From Spirochaetia bacterium (GTDB taxonomy: Bacteria > Spirochaetota > Spirochaetia > WTKD01 > G963693115), in contig CBDDCA010000003.1 in assembly GCA_965226055.1 (NCBI GenBank), positions 98,076 through 162,075 of the forward strand: DNA of 64,000 bases, given 5' to 3'. The notes under the pieces are model-generated. The model made no database searches. It was not told where the DNA came from and saw nothing but the letters and a program-made list of their open reading frames with translations. Below, one piece after another: positions 39,428-49,128 of this stretch (positions are counted from its first letter, which is position 1; each line of letters begins with the position of its first letter). A program made the position numbers and the translations under genes.

Positions 39428-40561
39428 TTATATAACATACCCTATTGCCTTACACAGCTGTTGCATATCTGCAGGTACAGGACTAGTATAGGTTGTAGCT
39501 TGTACCCCTAACTTCTGAACAATAGTACGTAACATAGCATCTCCATCACTCACACCATAACTACTCTTGTTATGCTCTCTTTCCTTATGGAGAGAGCTAT
39601 GTGCATGCTGTTGTGTGTGCAGGTGAGTAAGGATAGCACTAGGATGATAAAAAGATATCGTCCATGCATGCAACATCAATTTAACAGCAGGAAATTCCTG
39701 CGATTTTCTCGCATACAGCTCATCTCCTATAATGGGGCATCCAAGATGCTGTGCTACTACCCGTAACTGATGCGTCCTACCCGTACGAGGCATATACAAT
39801 AGCACTGTATACTTTCCATTAGTAAAGAGTATCTGATACTGAGTGACTGTTTCTCTCCCCCCTTGTGGTACTACACAAAAGCGCTTTCTATGTACTCTGT
39901 TTCTCTCCATATTGACGATAACAGTATCCTGTTCCTTTGGAGGCACTCCTTTTACTATGGCAAGGTATTTTTTTTCTACAAGACGTTCTTGGAACTGTTT
40001 GCTCAGTATCGTATGCACCTCAGATGTTTTTGCAATAAGCAAACTACCGCTGGTGTCTTTATCCAATCTGTGAACAATACCTGCCCGAGCATGCAACATA
40101 TCTTCTTTTCGATAGCTTAATAGTTTATTCGCTACTGCATCAGCTATTGTAATACTATCTTTATGCCCATTTCCTGAGTGTACTAATTGGCCTTTTGCCT
40201 TATTCAGCACCATTAACACCGAATCTTCATACATAATATCCAATGCATATGCTTCTGATATAGTAGAAAGATGCCTATGTTCTGCTCCTTCTTTCTCTGA
40301 TATCTTTTTTACCATAGGAAGATCAAAATGAGCCTCCACATAATCTCCATGCTGTACTGCATACGAAAATTTTACTTTTTTTTTGTTTACTATTATGCTT
40401 GAACAAAGCTGTCGTATTTGTGAACGACTGAGCTGTAATGGCAACAATGATATATAGGTATCAACACGTATATCATTCAAAAAACACACACAGCATTTCA
40501 ATACCATATATGGTGGTATATGTGACATAACAGCCTCTTTCTGTATATTCTGATGTTGCAT
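39428..40561 (-). CDS. rluD: RluA-family 23S rRNA pseudouridine synthase (RluD-like)
   Basis: N-terminal S4-like region (SRSQI), LNKAKG, GIVHRLDKDTSG, TGRTHQLRV, GDELY, LHA. Confidence 0.9.
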   Translation of the reverse strand: MQHQNIQKEAVMSHIPPYMVLKCCVCFLNDIRVDTYISLLPLQLSRSQIRQLCSSIIVNKKKVKFSYAVQHGDYVEAHFDLPMVKKISEKEGAEHRHLSTISEAYALDIMYEDSVLMVLNKAKGQLVHSGNGHKDSITIADAVANKLLSYRKEDMLHARAGIVHRLDKDTSGSLLIAKTSEVHTILSKQFQERLVEKKYLAIVKGVPPKEQDTVIVNMERNRVHRKRFCVVPQGGRETVTQYQILFTNGKYTVLLYMPRTGRTHQLRVVAQHLGCPIIGDELYARKSQEFPAVKLMLHAWTISFYHPSAILTHLHTQQHAHSSLHKEREHNKSSYGVSDGDAMLRTIVQKLGVQATTYTSPVPADMQQLCKAIGYVI

Positions 40562-40575
40562 GCTATCCAAAGATA

Positions 40576-41121
40576 TTACTGCACACTCTCAAACAACTCA
40601 TCAATGGCAGCGTTAGTATTATCTGTGATAAGCGAAATAATTAAATCAGCAAGAGCTATAGATATAGAAACTCCCAATCCGATAAACAGCACAGAAACAA
40701 CTTCATCAGAAGTGTACACAGGTTTATCAGCACCTCCAAAAAACAAAGGAAGATACTTCGATTGAAAAGAATTACTTTGTATACTAAAATCTATTGTTCG
40801 GTAGCTATCAAATATCACCGAAGAAAGCAATATAGAAAAAGGAAAGCTCCCAACAGTGATAGCAAAAAAACGATAGGTATAGTATGCTCCAAGAGAAAAC
40901 TCATCCTCTGTTTGCTCATAAGGGACAGGTTCAGGCTTTGTTTTTTTAGGAGGATCAAGGATATTAGGCAAATCTTTGCTATCTTCACGTGGTTTGATAT
41001 TTTCATTTCTTGTTCCTTCTTGTGCAACAAGAGGCATTCCTATAAACACAATACTAAGCAATACACAAACAACAATCTTTTGTTTAGTAGAAGATATACA
41101 TTGAATAAGGATATTTTTCAT
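40576..41121 (-). CDS. Hypothetical membrane protein
   Basis: Signal-like N-terminus and two hydrophobic segments; overlaps the yggS stop, so probably co-transcribed. Confidence 0.6.
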   Translation of the reverse strand: MKNILIQCISSTKQKIVVCVLLSIVFIGMPLVAQEGTRNENIKPREDSKDLPNILDPPKKTKPEPVPYEQTEDEFSLGAYYTYRFFAITVGSFPFSILLSSVIFDSYRTIDFSIQSNSFQSKYLPLFFGGADKPVYTSDEVVSVLFIGLGVSISIALADLIISLITDNTNAAIDELFESVQ

Positions 41122-41912
41122 TTTCGCACTCCAAATATTTTAGAACCAAGTCGTAACATAGTACTCCCTTCTGCAATAGCGTAGCAGTAATCATTACTCA
41201 TTCCCATAGAAATATCAGGAGAACGCATAATACCAAAGTATTTCCATGCATGTTCTGCCCACTGCCTCGTAAGAGAAAATCCTTCGCGTATTATTTTTTC
41301 ATCGTCACAAAACGGAGCAATAGTCATAACTCCTCGCACATCAATATACTCTTTTTGTTGCATACAAAACTCAACAGCAGATAACAATGCATCTATAGTA
41401 TCAAACCCATGCTTATAATCATACTGAGAACAACGAATTTGCAAAAAAACAGGATATGGCATTACTGCTTGTGTATATGTCGCCTCAGAAGTACTCTCAT
41501 TATACTGCTTTTGCTCCTGTTGTTTTAGATGTGCAGCTATTTTTTCTAATAGAGCAAAAGAATCAATACTTTGAATACAAGAAAAATGCTGCAAAGCCTT
41601 CCCTATTTTATTACTCTGAAGCGTACCAATAAGATGCACTTCAATATCTTTCGCTATCTGCTCAGTATCACACGCAAAAGCAGTGGCATAATCCTGCTTC
41701 TTTTTAATAAATTCTTGTACTTTATTTTCACCAAAAAGCAACATGCCACAGTCCTTTGCCACTACAATATTTTCAAAAGGATATGTTTTACTTACCACAA
41801 GCAATCGTAAAGATTCTTTTTTGCGATTATGTTTCTCTAAGATAGTCTCTATATCAGCAAGTACTTGCTGTAATGAGGTTTGAATAGTATCGTGTATATG
41901 AGGAAACTGCAT
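41118..41912 (-). CDS. yggS: PLP homeostasis protein (YggS/PipY family)
   Basis: LLVVSKT, FGENKVQE, HLIGTLQSNK, GVMTIAP, SMGMSND, EGSTMLRLGSKIFG. Confidence 0.93.
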   Translation of the reverse strand: MQFPHIHDTIQTSLQQVLADIETILEKHNRKKESLRLLVVSKTYPFENIVVAKDCGMLLFGENKVQEFIKKKQDYATAFACDTEQIAKDIEVHLIGTLQSNKIGKALQHFSCIQSIDSFALLEKIAAHLKQQEQKQYNESTSEATYTQAVMPYPVFLQIRCSQYDYKHGFDTIDALLSAVEFCMQQKEYIDVRGVMTIAPFCDDEKIIREGFSLTRQWAEHAWKYFGIMRSPDISMGMSNDYCYAIAEGSTMLRLGSKIFGVRK

Positions 41913-41982
41913 AGCTATAATAATGAAACTCCGAGATGTATATACTTAATGTTATTTTTTACAAAATATGTGTTACTTTTCA

Positions 41983-42011
41983 TTGACTAATTTGTTATGT
42001 CTTGTTATAGT
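41983..42011 (+). promoter_or_regulatory. Sigma70 promoter of pdxS-pdxT
   Basis: TTGACT-17nt-TATAGT with a TG extension. Confidence 0.6.
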
Positions 42012-42041
42012 ATAGTAAACTGTAAAAATAGAGGCTAGACT

Positions 42042-42995
42042 ATGAATACTCAAAAACAAACTACACAAGCTCATGCTTCTTCACCAGCCGTTCAGTATGG
42101 AGAATGGACTTCTCTACAAAACGAAACATGGAAAATAAAACGCTCTCTGTCCGAAATGCTGAAAGGAGGCGTTATTATGGATGTAGTAACTGCTGAGCAA
42201 GCAAAGATAGCTACTGACGCTGGAGCACAAGCAGTGATGGCATTAGAAAGAGTACCTGCAGATATACGAAAAGCAGGAGGCATTGCCCGCATGTCTGATC
42301 CAAAAATGATTGAATCTATACAGAAAGCAGTTGATATACCAGTTATGGCAAAATGTCGTATAGGACACATAGCTGAAGCCCGCATATTACAAGCACTTGA
42401 AATAGATTTTATAGATGAAAGCGAAGTGCTTACTCCTGCAGATGACAAATTTCATATCGATAAAGAACGGTTTACTATCCCTTTTGTATGCGGTTGCCGT
42501 AATCTTGGCGAAGCCTTGCGTCGCATAGGAGAAGGAGCAGTACTCATTCGCACAAAAGGAGAAGCTGGTACTGGTGATATAGTGGAAGCAGTAACACACA
42601 TGCGTACCTTACTCAATGAAATTGCTCGCCTCAGTGTGCTTCCTGAAGAAGAGTTAATGAATGCAGCAAAAGAGCTAGGAGCTCCCTACACATTAGTTAA
42701 AGAAGTGGCAAAAACAAAAAAGCTCCCTGTTCCTAATTTTTCTGCAGGAGGAGTTGCTACCCCAGCAGATGCAGCACTTATGCGTCTATTGGGTGCTGAA
42801 GCAGTATTTGTAGGCTCTGGCATATTTAAGTCTTCTCATCCTCCTCGTATGGCAAAGGCAATAGTACAAGCAGTAGCTAACTATGACGATCCTGATACAC
42901 TTGCAAAAATATCTTATGATTTAGGGACTGCTATGGAAAGCATTTCTTCTAAAACATTAGAGGAACATCAGAAATTAGCTTCAAGAGGCTGGTAG
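42042..42995 (+). CDS. pdxS: Pyridoxal 5'-phosphate synthase lyase subunit
   Basis: [53 protein letters not shown]-terminal RGW. Confidence 0.97.
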   Translation: MNTQKQTTQAHASSPAVQYGEWTSLQNETWKIKRSLSEMLKGGVIMDVVTAEQAKIATDAGAQAVMALERVPADIRKAGGIARMSDPKMIESIQKAVDIPVMAKCRIGHIAEARILQALEIDFIDESEVLTPADDKFHIDKERFTIPFVCGCRNLGEALRRIGEGAVLIRTKGEAGTGDIVEAVTHMRTLLNEIARLSVLPEEELMNAAKELGAPYTLVKEVAKTKKLPVPNFSAGGVATPADAALMRLLGAEAVFVGSGIFKSSHPPRMAKAIVQAVANYDDPDTLAKISYDLGTAMESISSKTLEEHQKLASRGW

Positions 42996-43011
42996 ACCAG
43001 CGATACCATAA

Positions 43012-43758
43012 TTGTCAATCACTATAGGAATACTAGCATTACAGGGTAATTTCTCACAGCATTCAGAATTATTATCATACATAGAGAGTAATAAAAACGT
43101 AGTATTCAATCCATATAAAACACAATATCCTCAAGAGTACAAGTACCTTATAGAAAAAAATATACAAAGCCGTTTGATTAGCAAAAAACAAGACATAGCT
43201 GGTATAGATGGACTCATTCTCCCTGGAGGAGAAAGTAGCACCATAGTCCGACTTATTCAAAAACAAAATATGCAAGATGATTTGTATTCTCTTATACAGT
43301 CACACATGCCTACATTAGGTACTTGTGCAGGGTGCATTTTGCTGTCTAAAACAGTGTTTACAAGAAATAGAAAGCATACAGAACAACACAGCAACAATGA
43401 AGACTTAGATAACAAACGTGATAGTAGCAAATCTTTTCAAAGCCCACTTGCTGTTTGCGATATAAGCATAGAAAGAAATTCATACGGAAGACAGGCGTTT
43501 AGCTTCTTTGCTACTTCTATATGCGTAAATAACACACTAATTTCATTAGGAATTAGAAATATTAAAGGCCTTTTTATCCGAGCTCCTCGTATTATAGCAA
43601 CAGGAGATAACTGCACAACACTGTTTATGCATAATAATGATCCCGTTATCGTACAACATGACAGTAAATTATTGAGTACCTTTCACCCTGAAGCAATAAC
43701 ATCTCCTATACTCCATACGCTCTTTTTAGTACAGTGTATACAAAAAAAGCTCTCCTAG
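43012..43758 (+). CDS. pdxT: Pyridoxal 5'-phosphate synthase glutaminase subunit
   Basis: IGILALQG, LPGGESS, GTCAG, RNSYGRQ, FIRAP, FHPE. Confidence 0.93.
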   Translation: MSITIGILALQGNFSQHSELLSYIESNKNVVFNPYKTQYPQEYKYLIEKNIQSRLISKKQDIAGIDGLILPGGESSTIVRLIQKQNMQDDLYSLIQSHMPTLGTCAGCILLSKTVFTRNRKHTEQHSNNEDLDNKRDSSKSFQSPLAVCDISIERNSYGRQAFSFFATSICVNNTLISLGIRNIKGLFIRAPRIIATGDNCTTLFMHNNDPVIVQHDSKLLSTFHPEAITSPILHTLFLVQCIQKKLS

Positions 43759-43951
43759 CGCTTGTATCAATAGAGAGCTACATTTCCAATTATATATATG
43801 ATATTGAAATATCTTAGTCTATGTACTATACTAAATGCAAGGATGACATTATGAAAAATACTTACACCATATCATACGGTAATGTATTAACAAGCGAAGT
43901 GCATATCTCTTATACCTTTTGTAACAATAAAAAAATACCGACTTACATACT

Positions 43952-44536
43952 ATGAATATGATAGGTTTATGGAACACTTTAATACAGCAACTCAATGGCA
44001 GTGTGATAATTTTGGCAATACTGTTGATAGCAGTTCTTATCATTACTTTTAAGTCTGGCTCTTGGATATCATCTTTACAGGAATGGAAGAAAAATGTAGA
44101 CAAGCATGATAAAAAAATAGATGATTTACAAAAAATGTCTGCAAAGATTGATGTCATTTACCAAAGAGTAATTCCAAACTTTCCCATAAAATCTCAAAGC
44201 CCTATTTCATTGACGGAAAGTGGACGTGAAATAATGAAAGAAATACATGCCGAAAAAATTTTTGAGCGTATACTCCCCACTATTCAAGATGAATTTAAGA
44301 AAGAATTTTCAGAAAAAAACGCTTACGATATACAAACAAGAGCAATGGCATACGCAGAAGAAAACATAGAAAGCAAACTCACTTCTGAAGAAATAATTAA
44401 AGTTAAAAACGCAGCTTTTACAAGAGGGCTAATGAAAGATGATATACTAGCTATATTTGGATTGCTACTAAGAGATAAAACACTCAAAGATTTTAACATA
44501 CCAGTATCTGATATAGATAAACATGCTCCAGAATAA
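43952..44536 (+). CDS. Hypothetical protein (N-terminal TM helix, coiled coil)
   Basis: 194-aa ORF, opposite no other gene; VIILAILLIAVLIITF followed by a charged helical region. Confidence 0.6.
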   Translation: MNMIGLWNTLIQQLNGSVIILAILLIAVLIITFKSGSWISSLQEWKKNVDKHDKKIDDLQKMSAKIDVIYQRVIPNFPIKSQSPISLTESGREIMKEIHAEKIFERILPTIQDEFKKEFSEKNAYDIQTRAMAYAEENIESKLTSEEIIKVKNAAFTRGLMKDDILAIFGLLLRDKTLKDFNIPVSDIDKHAPE

Positions 44537-44555
44537 TATATTAGAAATGCATAAT

Positions 44556-45749
44556 TTATTGTTGTCTTACTGTAAGAAATTCTACAAAATTGATATACTG
44601 TGTTTTTGCATATGAAGCAAGATTCAGCTTTGCCAGCTGTGCTGTAATACCCTTTTGTAAACGCATGAAATGTACATCTAAAAGTGCTTCAAACTCTATA
44701 TCTGCAATAAAGTGACGAAACGATACCATTGCATCTTGTAATGACTGCCCTTCCTGTATTTTCTGTACTATTTGAACAAGCTCTTTTTCTCTTCCTTGTT
44801 TTTTTGCATACTCAAACAAAAGAGACCGTACAAATGTTTTTTTTCCTTGCTTAATATCTGAGGCTTCTGTCTTTCCAGTAACACTAGCATCATATAACAC
44901 CTCTATGGCATCGTCTTTGATTTGAAACAATGTGCCTGTCTGCATACCCAATGTATATAAGTTATCTATTTCCTTTTGAATATCATAGGTATCATCAGCT
45001 GCTAACAAAAACCCCATTATCATGGGCAATGAAAATGTATACACTCCTGTCTTCTTTGCATACATGTTTTGAATAGCGTGTGTATCTGGCTCAATAGTAC
45101 TTTCTCCCCATACTACATCGTCCATTTGAGCAACCCCTACCTCAGAAACAATAGTAGTGTAATAGGACATTATCAATCGCATCATATTGCTTGGTACATG
45201 CTTTACTAATAGTTCCACTGCATAAGAAAACAAAATATCTCCTAGACAAATAGTAAGTGACTCTCCTACTTTCCCTAGTGCATTATCTGTTGCATCATCA
45301 AACCCCTTGCTATTCTGTGCGATATGTTTTGCAGTAATATGAAAACTTTTTTTTCCTCTTCGCAATATATCTTCATCTATAATATCATCATGCATAAGAA
45401 GAAATGCTTGTAAATACTCTACACTCAACGCCATATCTATCATATCATCCGAAAAATCAACAGAGATAGGTGTATCTTTCATGTCAGCTACACTCCCATC
45501 TTTCTCTTGCTTTGAATGTGGGCTAGCACCATAATATTCATACAACCTATACATATATAACATAAGACTGCTTCGAAATAGCTTTCCTCCTAACATATAC
45601 TGAGTGAGAGGTTCTTTTAAAGCATAGTGAAAACTATGTTTTCCAACACTCCGTTCAAAGAGCATATGTATAGTTCTATAAATCCCCTTTTCAATCAAAG
45701 GACGAATATTTACAAGAAAATGAGAAAAGTTATTGTTTACTGTATTCAT
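44556..45749 (-). CDS. Polyprenyl diphosphate synthase (probably GGPP synthase, CrtE/IdsA-like)
   Basis: GGKLFR, FARM LMHDDIIDEDILRRG, KTGVY, SARM FQIKDD, GKTEASDIKQGK; next to phytoene synthase. Confidence 0.85.
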   Translation of the reverse strand: MNTVNNNFSHFLVNIRPLIEKGIYRTIHMLFERSVGKHSFHYALKEPLTQYMLGGKLFRSSLMLYMYRLYEYYGASPHSKQEKDGSVADMKDTPISVDFSDDMIDMALSVEYLQAFLLMHDDIIDEDILRRGKKSFHITAKHIAQNSKGFDDATDNALGKVGESLTICLGDILFSYAVELLVKHVPSNMMRLIMSYYTTIVSEVGVAQMDDVVWGESTIEPDTHAIQNMYAKKTGVYTFSLPMIMGFLLAADDTYDIQKEIDNLYTLGMQTGTLFQIKDDAIEVLYDASVTGKTEASDIKQGKKTFVRSLLFEYAKKQGREKELVQIVQKIQEGQSLQDAMVSFRHFIADIEFEALLDVHFMRLQKGITAQLAKLNLASYAKTQYINFVEFLTVRQQ

Positions 45750-45807
45750 AGTTATCCTTATTTTTATATTCTTATCTTACACAAGCTTCTATCACATACA
45801 CCTACCA

Positions 45808-46680
45808 CTACTGTAACGTGAGTCTCTGTTGTACTAATCTTTTCTTTACGATGAAACAATTCATTATTCCCTTAAAAAGAATATAATGCTTCTTTGGACG
45901 CACCTTTTTTTCATATACTAAAAATGGATTTTTATAGATTCTCTGCGCTATGTAATGATATCCTTGTACAGCAGTAACAATGGGAATAAGCATACGCTTT
46001 GGTAAATAGTGCAGTCCTTTTTGTGCTTTTTGTAACCAAGCTGCATATATATCCAAGTTTTTTCGAATAAATTGTTCAAACATATGAGGACATGACATAG
46101 CTTCTTGCTTGCTTAAGTTTTGAAATGTATATTCCCCTATTGGAATATACTGCCTATTTTTACTATAATCTTCTCCTATATCACGAATAAAGTTAACATA
46201 CTGCATACAAGAACCAAGCAAAGCAGCATACTCTTTTGCTTCATCAGAAATATGGCAAATACGACACAAAGTAAGCCCAATAATATCAGCGCTTCCATAC
46301 ATATACTTTTTACAGTCTTCCATAGTAGTGATAATATATGTTTCCTGTAAATCAGCTTCCATTGCACACCAAAAAGCATCAAAATACTCTACTGGTATAG
46401 ACTCTTGTTCAATAAGCGTACATATTCTCTCTATAATCACTGGTGCTGATATAGACACTCTTTTTATTCGATCATAAAATGCTTTTTTTAAAAAAAAGAA
46501 TGCTTCATTTTGCTTTGGTTGTAAATCAACAAAGTTATCAACAATACGCACAAAACTATAAAAAATCATGACTTTATTGTATATTTCTTTAGAAAAAAAG
46601 AGTGAAGACTTAGAATAAGTAGTACTTCCTTTTGAAAAAATAGTCTCAAAGATGTTTTTTTCTAATTTTTTCGTTCTCAT
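45808..46680 (-). CDS. crtB: Phytoene/squalene synthase family protein
   Basis: GSTTYSKSSLFF, YSFVRIVDNFVD, MEADL, YMYGSADIIG, LG..MQYVNFIRDIGED...RQYIP. Confidence 0.82.
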   Translation of the reverse strand: MRTKKLEKNIFETIFSKGSTTYSKSSLFFSKEIYNKVMIFYSFVRIVDNFVDLQPKQNEAFFFLKKAFYDRIKRVSISAPVIIERICTLIEQESIPVEYFDAFWCAMEADLQETYIITTMEDCKKYMYGSADIIGLTLCRICHISDEAKEYAALLGSCMQYVNFIRDIGEDYSKNRQYIPIGEYTFQNLSKQEAMSCPHMFEQFIRKNLDIYAAWLQKAQKGLHYLPKRMLIPIVTAVQGYHYIAQRIYKNPFLVYEKKVRPKKHYILFKGIMNCFIVKKRLVQQRLTLQ

Positions 46681-46716
46681 TTTTTATAGTATACTTATAA
46701 CTTAATTTTTTATCAA
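46681..46716 (-). promoter_or_regulatory. Sigma70 promoter of crtB, apparently leaderless
   Basis: TTGATA-17nt-TATACT-7nt-ATG. Confidence 0.55.
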
Positions 46717-46775
46717 TTATTTTCCCTAAAATTTCAAAAAAATATAAAATATAACAAAAAAATATAAAAAAAACC

Positions 46776-46811
46776 TTGACTTTTTTATTATTTACATATA
46801 ATATATATGAT
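46776..46811 (+). promoter_or_regulatory. Sigma70 promoter of ilvBN, apparently leaderless
   Basis: TTGACT-17nt-TAATAT (overlapping TATAAT)-7nt-ATG 46812; no SD. Confidence 0.5.
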
Positions 46812-48524
46812 ATGAAAGAAAAAGAATATATTGTTGCAGAAGTAATGTTAGATGTTTTGCAACAACTTGGTATTGATTATATCTTTGGTCTTCCTGGAGG
46901 AGCAGCCATACCAATTTTTGATGCCTTAGTGGATAGCCCTATAAAATTTATCCTTACTCGACATGAACAAGGGGCTATACATATGGCTGATGGATATGCA
47001 CGATCATCTGGAAAGCCAGCGGTTGTACTGGTAACTTCAGGGCCTGGAGCCACTAATACTATAACAGGCCTCCTCACTGCTCTTATGGACTCAGTGCCAA
47101 CTATCGTTATCTGTGGACAACAAATACGTAGCAATTTAGGACTCGATGCATTTCAAGAAGCAGATGTTATGGGCATTACCTATGCAGTAGTAAAGCATTC
47201 CTATATGCTAAAAGAACCGAATGATACAGTACGCATTATGAAAGAAGCATTCCATATTGCTACTGAAGGAAGACCTGGCCCTGTACTTATTGATATACCA
47301 AAAGATGTCGCTTCTTCTACTATTGTGCCAAATTTTGAAACGGAAATTGAATTGCCTGGCATTCATCCAGTACCTGAACCTACAACAGAAAACATAGAAT
47401 ATGCAGCTGAGTTGCTACAGCAATCTTCACGCCCCTTGATATTAGCAGGACATGGTGCAGTACTTTCTTATGCACAAAAACCTCTTATTCACCTTGCTGA
47501 AAAAATGCAAATTCCAGTTACCTCCACTCTTCTTGGAAAAGGGGCTTTTCCAGAATCACATCCGCTTAGTTTAGGCATGCTAGGAATGCATGGCACCGCA
47601 TATGCTAATCTTGCGGTATCGCAGTGTGATCTTATTATGTCTGTAGGTTCACGATGGGATGATAGAATTACAGGAAAAACAAGTGAGTTTTGTAAAACAG
47701 CACGAAAAATCCACATTGATGTTGACGCTTCTGAGTTCAATAAAATTTTACAGATGGACTGCATAATACAAGCAGATGCTAATACAGCAGTAGAACGCAT
47801 AGCAAGCATAGCTCAAAAGAAAAATAATACTATGTGGCTTAATCTAATCAAAAAATGGAAAAAGAAATACCCCATGAGTTACCGAAAAACAGGAAGCCTA
47901 AAAGCAACTCATATCATAGAGGAAGTGTACAAGCAAAGTGCAGGAAAAGCTATTGTTTCCACCGATGTAGGACAACATCAAATGTGGGCAGCTCAATATT
48001 ACCTAGTAGATGAGGGATACCAATGGCTTAGCTCTGGAGGAGCTGGCACTATGGGATACGGACTTCCTGCAGCTATTGGAGCACAGTTTGCTCATCCAGA
48101 CAAGCCTGTATTTGCCTTTGTAGGTGATGGGGGATTTCAAATGACATTATATGAGCTCTCTACCATTGCTGTACACAAACTCCCTGTCAAAATCTTTGTT
48201 CTCAATAACAACTACTTAGGTATGGTACGTCAATGGCAAAGTTTATTTTATGAAAATAGATTAAGTGGTGTAGATATGGAAGGAAATCCTCACTTTGCAA
48301 AGCTAGGAGCAAGTTATGGCATAAAATCATTTCGTATTCGGCATAGTGCACATGTAAAGCGAACAATCAAAGAAGTACTAGCATATCCCGGACCTTGCTT
48401 AGTAGAAGCAATAGTACAAAAAGAAGAAAATGTTTTTCCTATGATACCAGCGGGAGCTACGTATGAACAAATGCTTATAACTCAACCAAAAGAAAAATTA
48501 GAAAAACCAGTAGGGAGTACATAA
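46812..48524 (+). CDS. ilvB: Acetolactate synthase large subunit
   Basis: [46 protein letters not shown]-binding GDGGFQM...NN. Start set at ATG 46812; the TTG at 46776 coincides with the -35 box. Confidence 0.95.
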   Translation: MKEKEYIVAEVMLDVLQQLGIDYIFGLPGGAAIPIFDALVDSPIKFILTRHEQGAIHMADGYARSSGKPAVVLVTSGPGATNTITGLLTALMDSVPTIVICGQQIRSNLGLDAFQEADVMGITYAVVKHSYMLKEPNDTVRIMKEAFHIATEGRPGPVLIDIPKDVASSTIVPNFETEIELPGIHPVPEPTTENIEYAAELLQQSSRPLILAGHGAVLSYAQKPLIHLAEKMQIPVTSTLLGKGAFPESHPLSLGMLGMHGTAYANLAVSQCDLIMSVGSRWDDRITGKTSEFCKTARKIHIDVDASEFNKILQMDCIIQADANTAVERIASIAQKKNNTMWLNLIKKWKKKYPMSYRKTGSLKATHIIEEVYKQSAGKAIVSTDVGQHQMWAAQYYLVDEGYQWLSSGGAGTMGYGLPAAIGAQFAHPDKPVFAFVGDGGFQMTLYELSTIAVHKLPVKIFVLNNNYLGMVRQWQSLFYENRLSGVDMEGNPHFAKLGASYGIKSFRIRHSAHVKRTIKEVLAYPGPCLVEAIVQKEENVFPMIPAGATYEQMLITQPKEKLEKPVGST

Positions 48525-48528
48525 TTTA

Positions 48529-49032
48529 ATGGATAAACAACAAGAAAGAAGAATTATTACTGTTTTAGTATCAAATAAACCAGGAGTGCTTATTCGTATA
48601 GCTCTTGTATTTTCACGAAGAGGGTATAACATACATGGGTTAGTAACTCACCCTACCCATGATCCTACAAAATCAGTTATCACTATTACTGCACAAGGAA
48701 AAAAAGAAGTGATGAGCCAAATTCTCAAACAGCTTAACAAACTCATTGATGTTATTCATGCTTCTGATAGAACATACGACAATACTGTAAAACAAGAACT
48801 TGCACTCATAAAAATTAACTTCAATGAAAACACAAGAAAAGATATACTGCTTATCGCACAATCATTTAAGTGCGAAATTGTAGATATATCACATGAATCC
48901 ATCACTCTCAGTTTCTCAGGAACAGAATTAGAGCTTGATCCACTTGAAAATCTACTTGCTTCATTTGGTATTATTGAAATTATACGTACAGGGTCTATCG
49001 TAATGATACGAGGAAACACTTTAACAACATAA
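48529..49032 (+). CDS. ilvN: Acetolactate synthase small (regulatory) subunit
   Basis: ACT domain NKPGVLIRIALVFSRRGYNI, QILKQLNKLIDV, ELALIK, EIIRTG. Confidence 0.93.
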   Translation: MDKQQERRIITVLVSNKPGVLIRIALVFSRRGYNIHGLVTHPTHDPTKSVITITAQGKKEVMSQILKQLNKLIDVIHASDRTYDNTVKQELALIKINFNENTRKDILLIAQSFKCEIVDISHESITLSFSGTELELDPLENLLASFGIIEIIRTGSIVMIRGNTLTT

Positions 49033-49074
49033 GCCTCCCTCTCTCAACTCTAAAGAAAAGCTAGAGTTACAAGA

Positions 49075-49114
49075 CATAAAAAAAGAGCAACAATCCTGTT
49101 GCTCTTTTTTTATG
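49075..49114. terminator. Bidirectional intrinsic terminator between ilvN and receptor 1
   Basis: CATAAAAAAAGAGCAACA-atcc-TGTTGCTCTTTTTTTATG, perfect 18-bp IR with A and T tails between convergent genes. Confidence 0.85.
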
Positions 49115-49128
49115 CAATGTCTCTCAAT

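Noticed and set aside
46776-46811. N-terminal extension of IlvB from TTG 46776 (also the MGDI/MTKYN extensions of the receptors)
   Set aside because: The TTG is part of the -35 box TTGACT. The receptor extensions are not conserved between copies, whereas MVYKK with an SD is.
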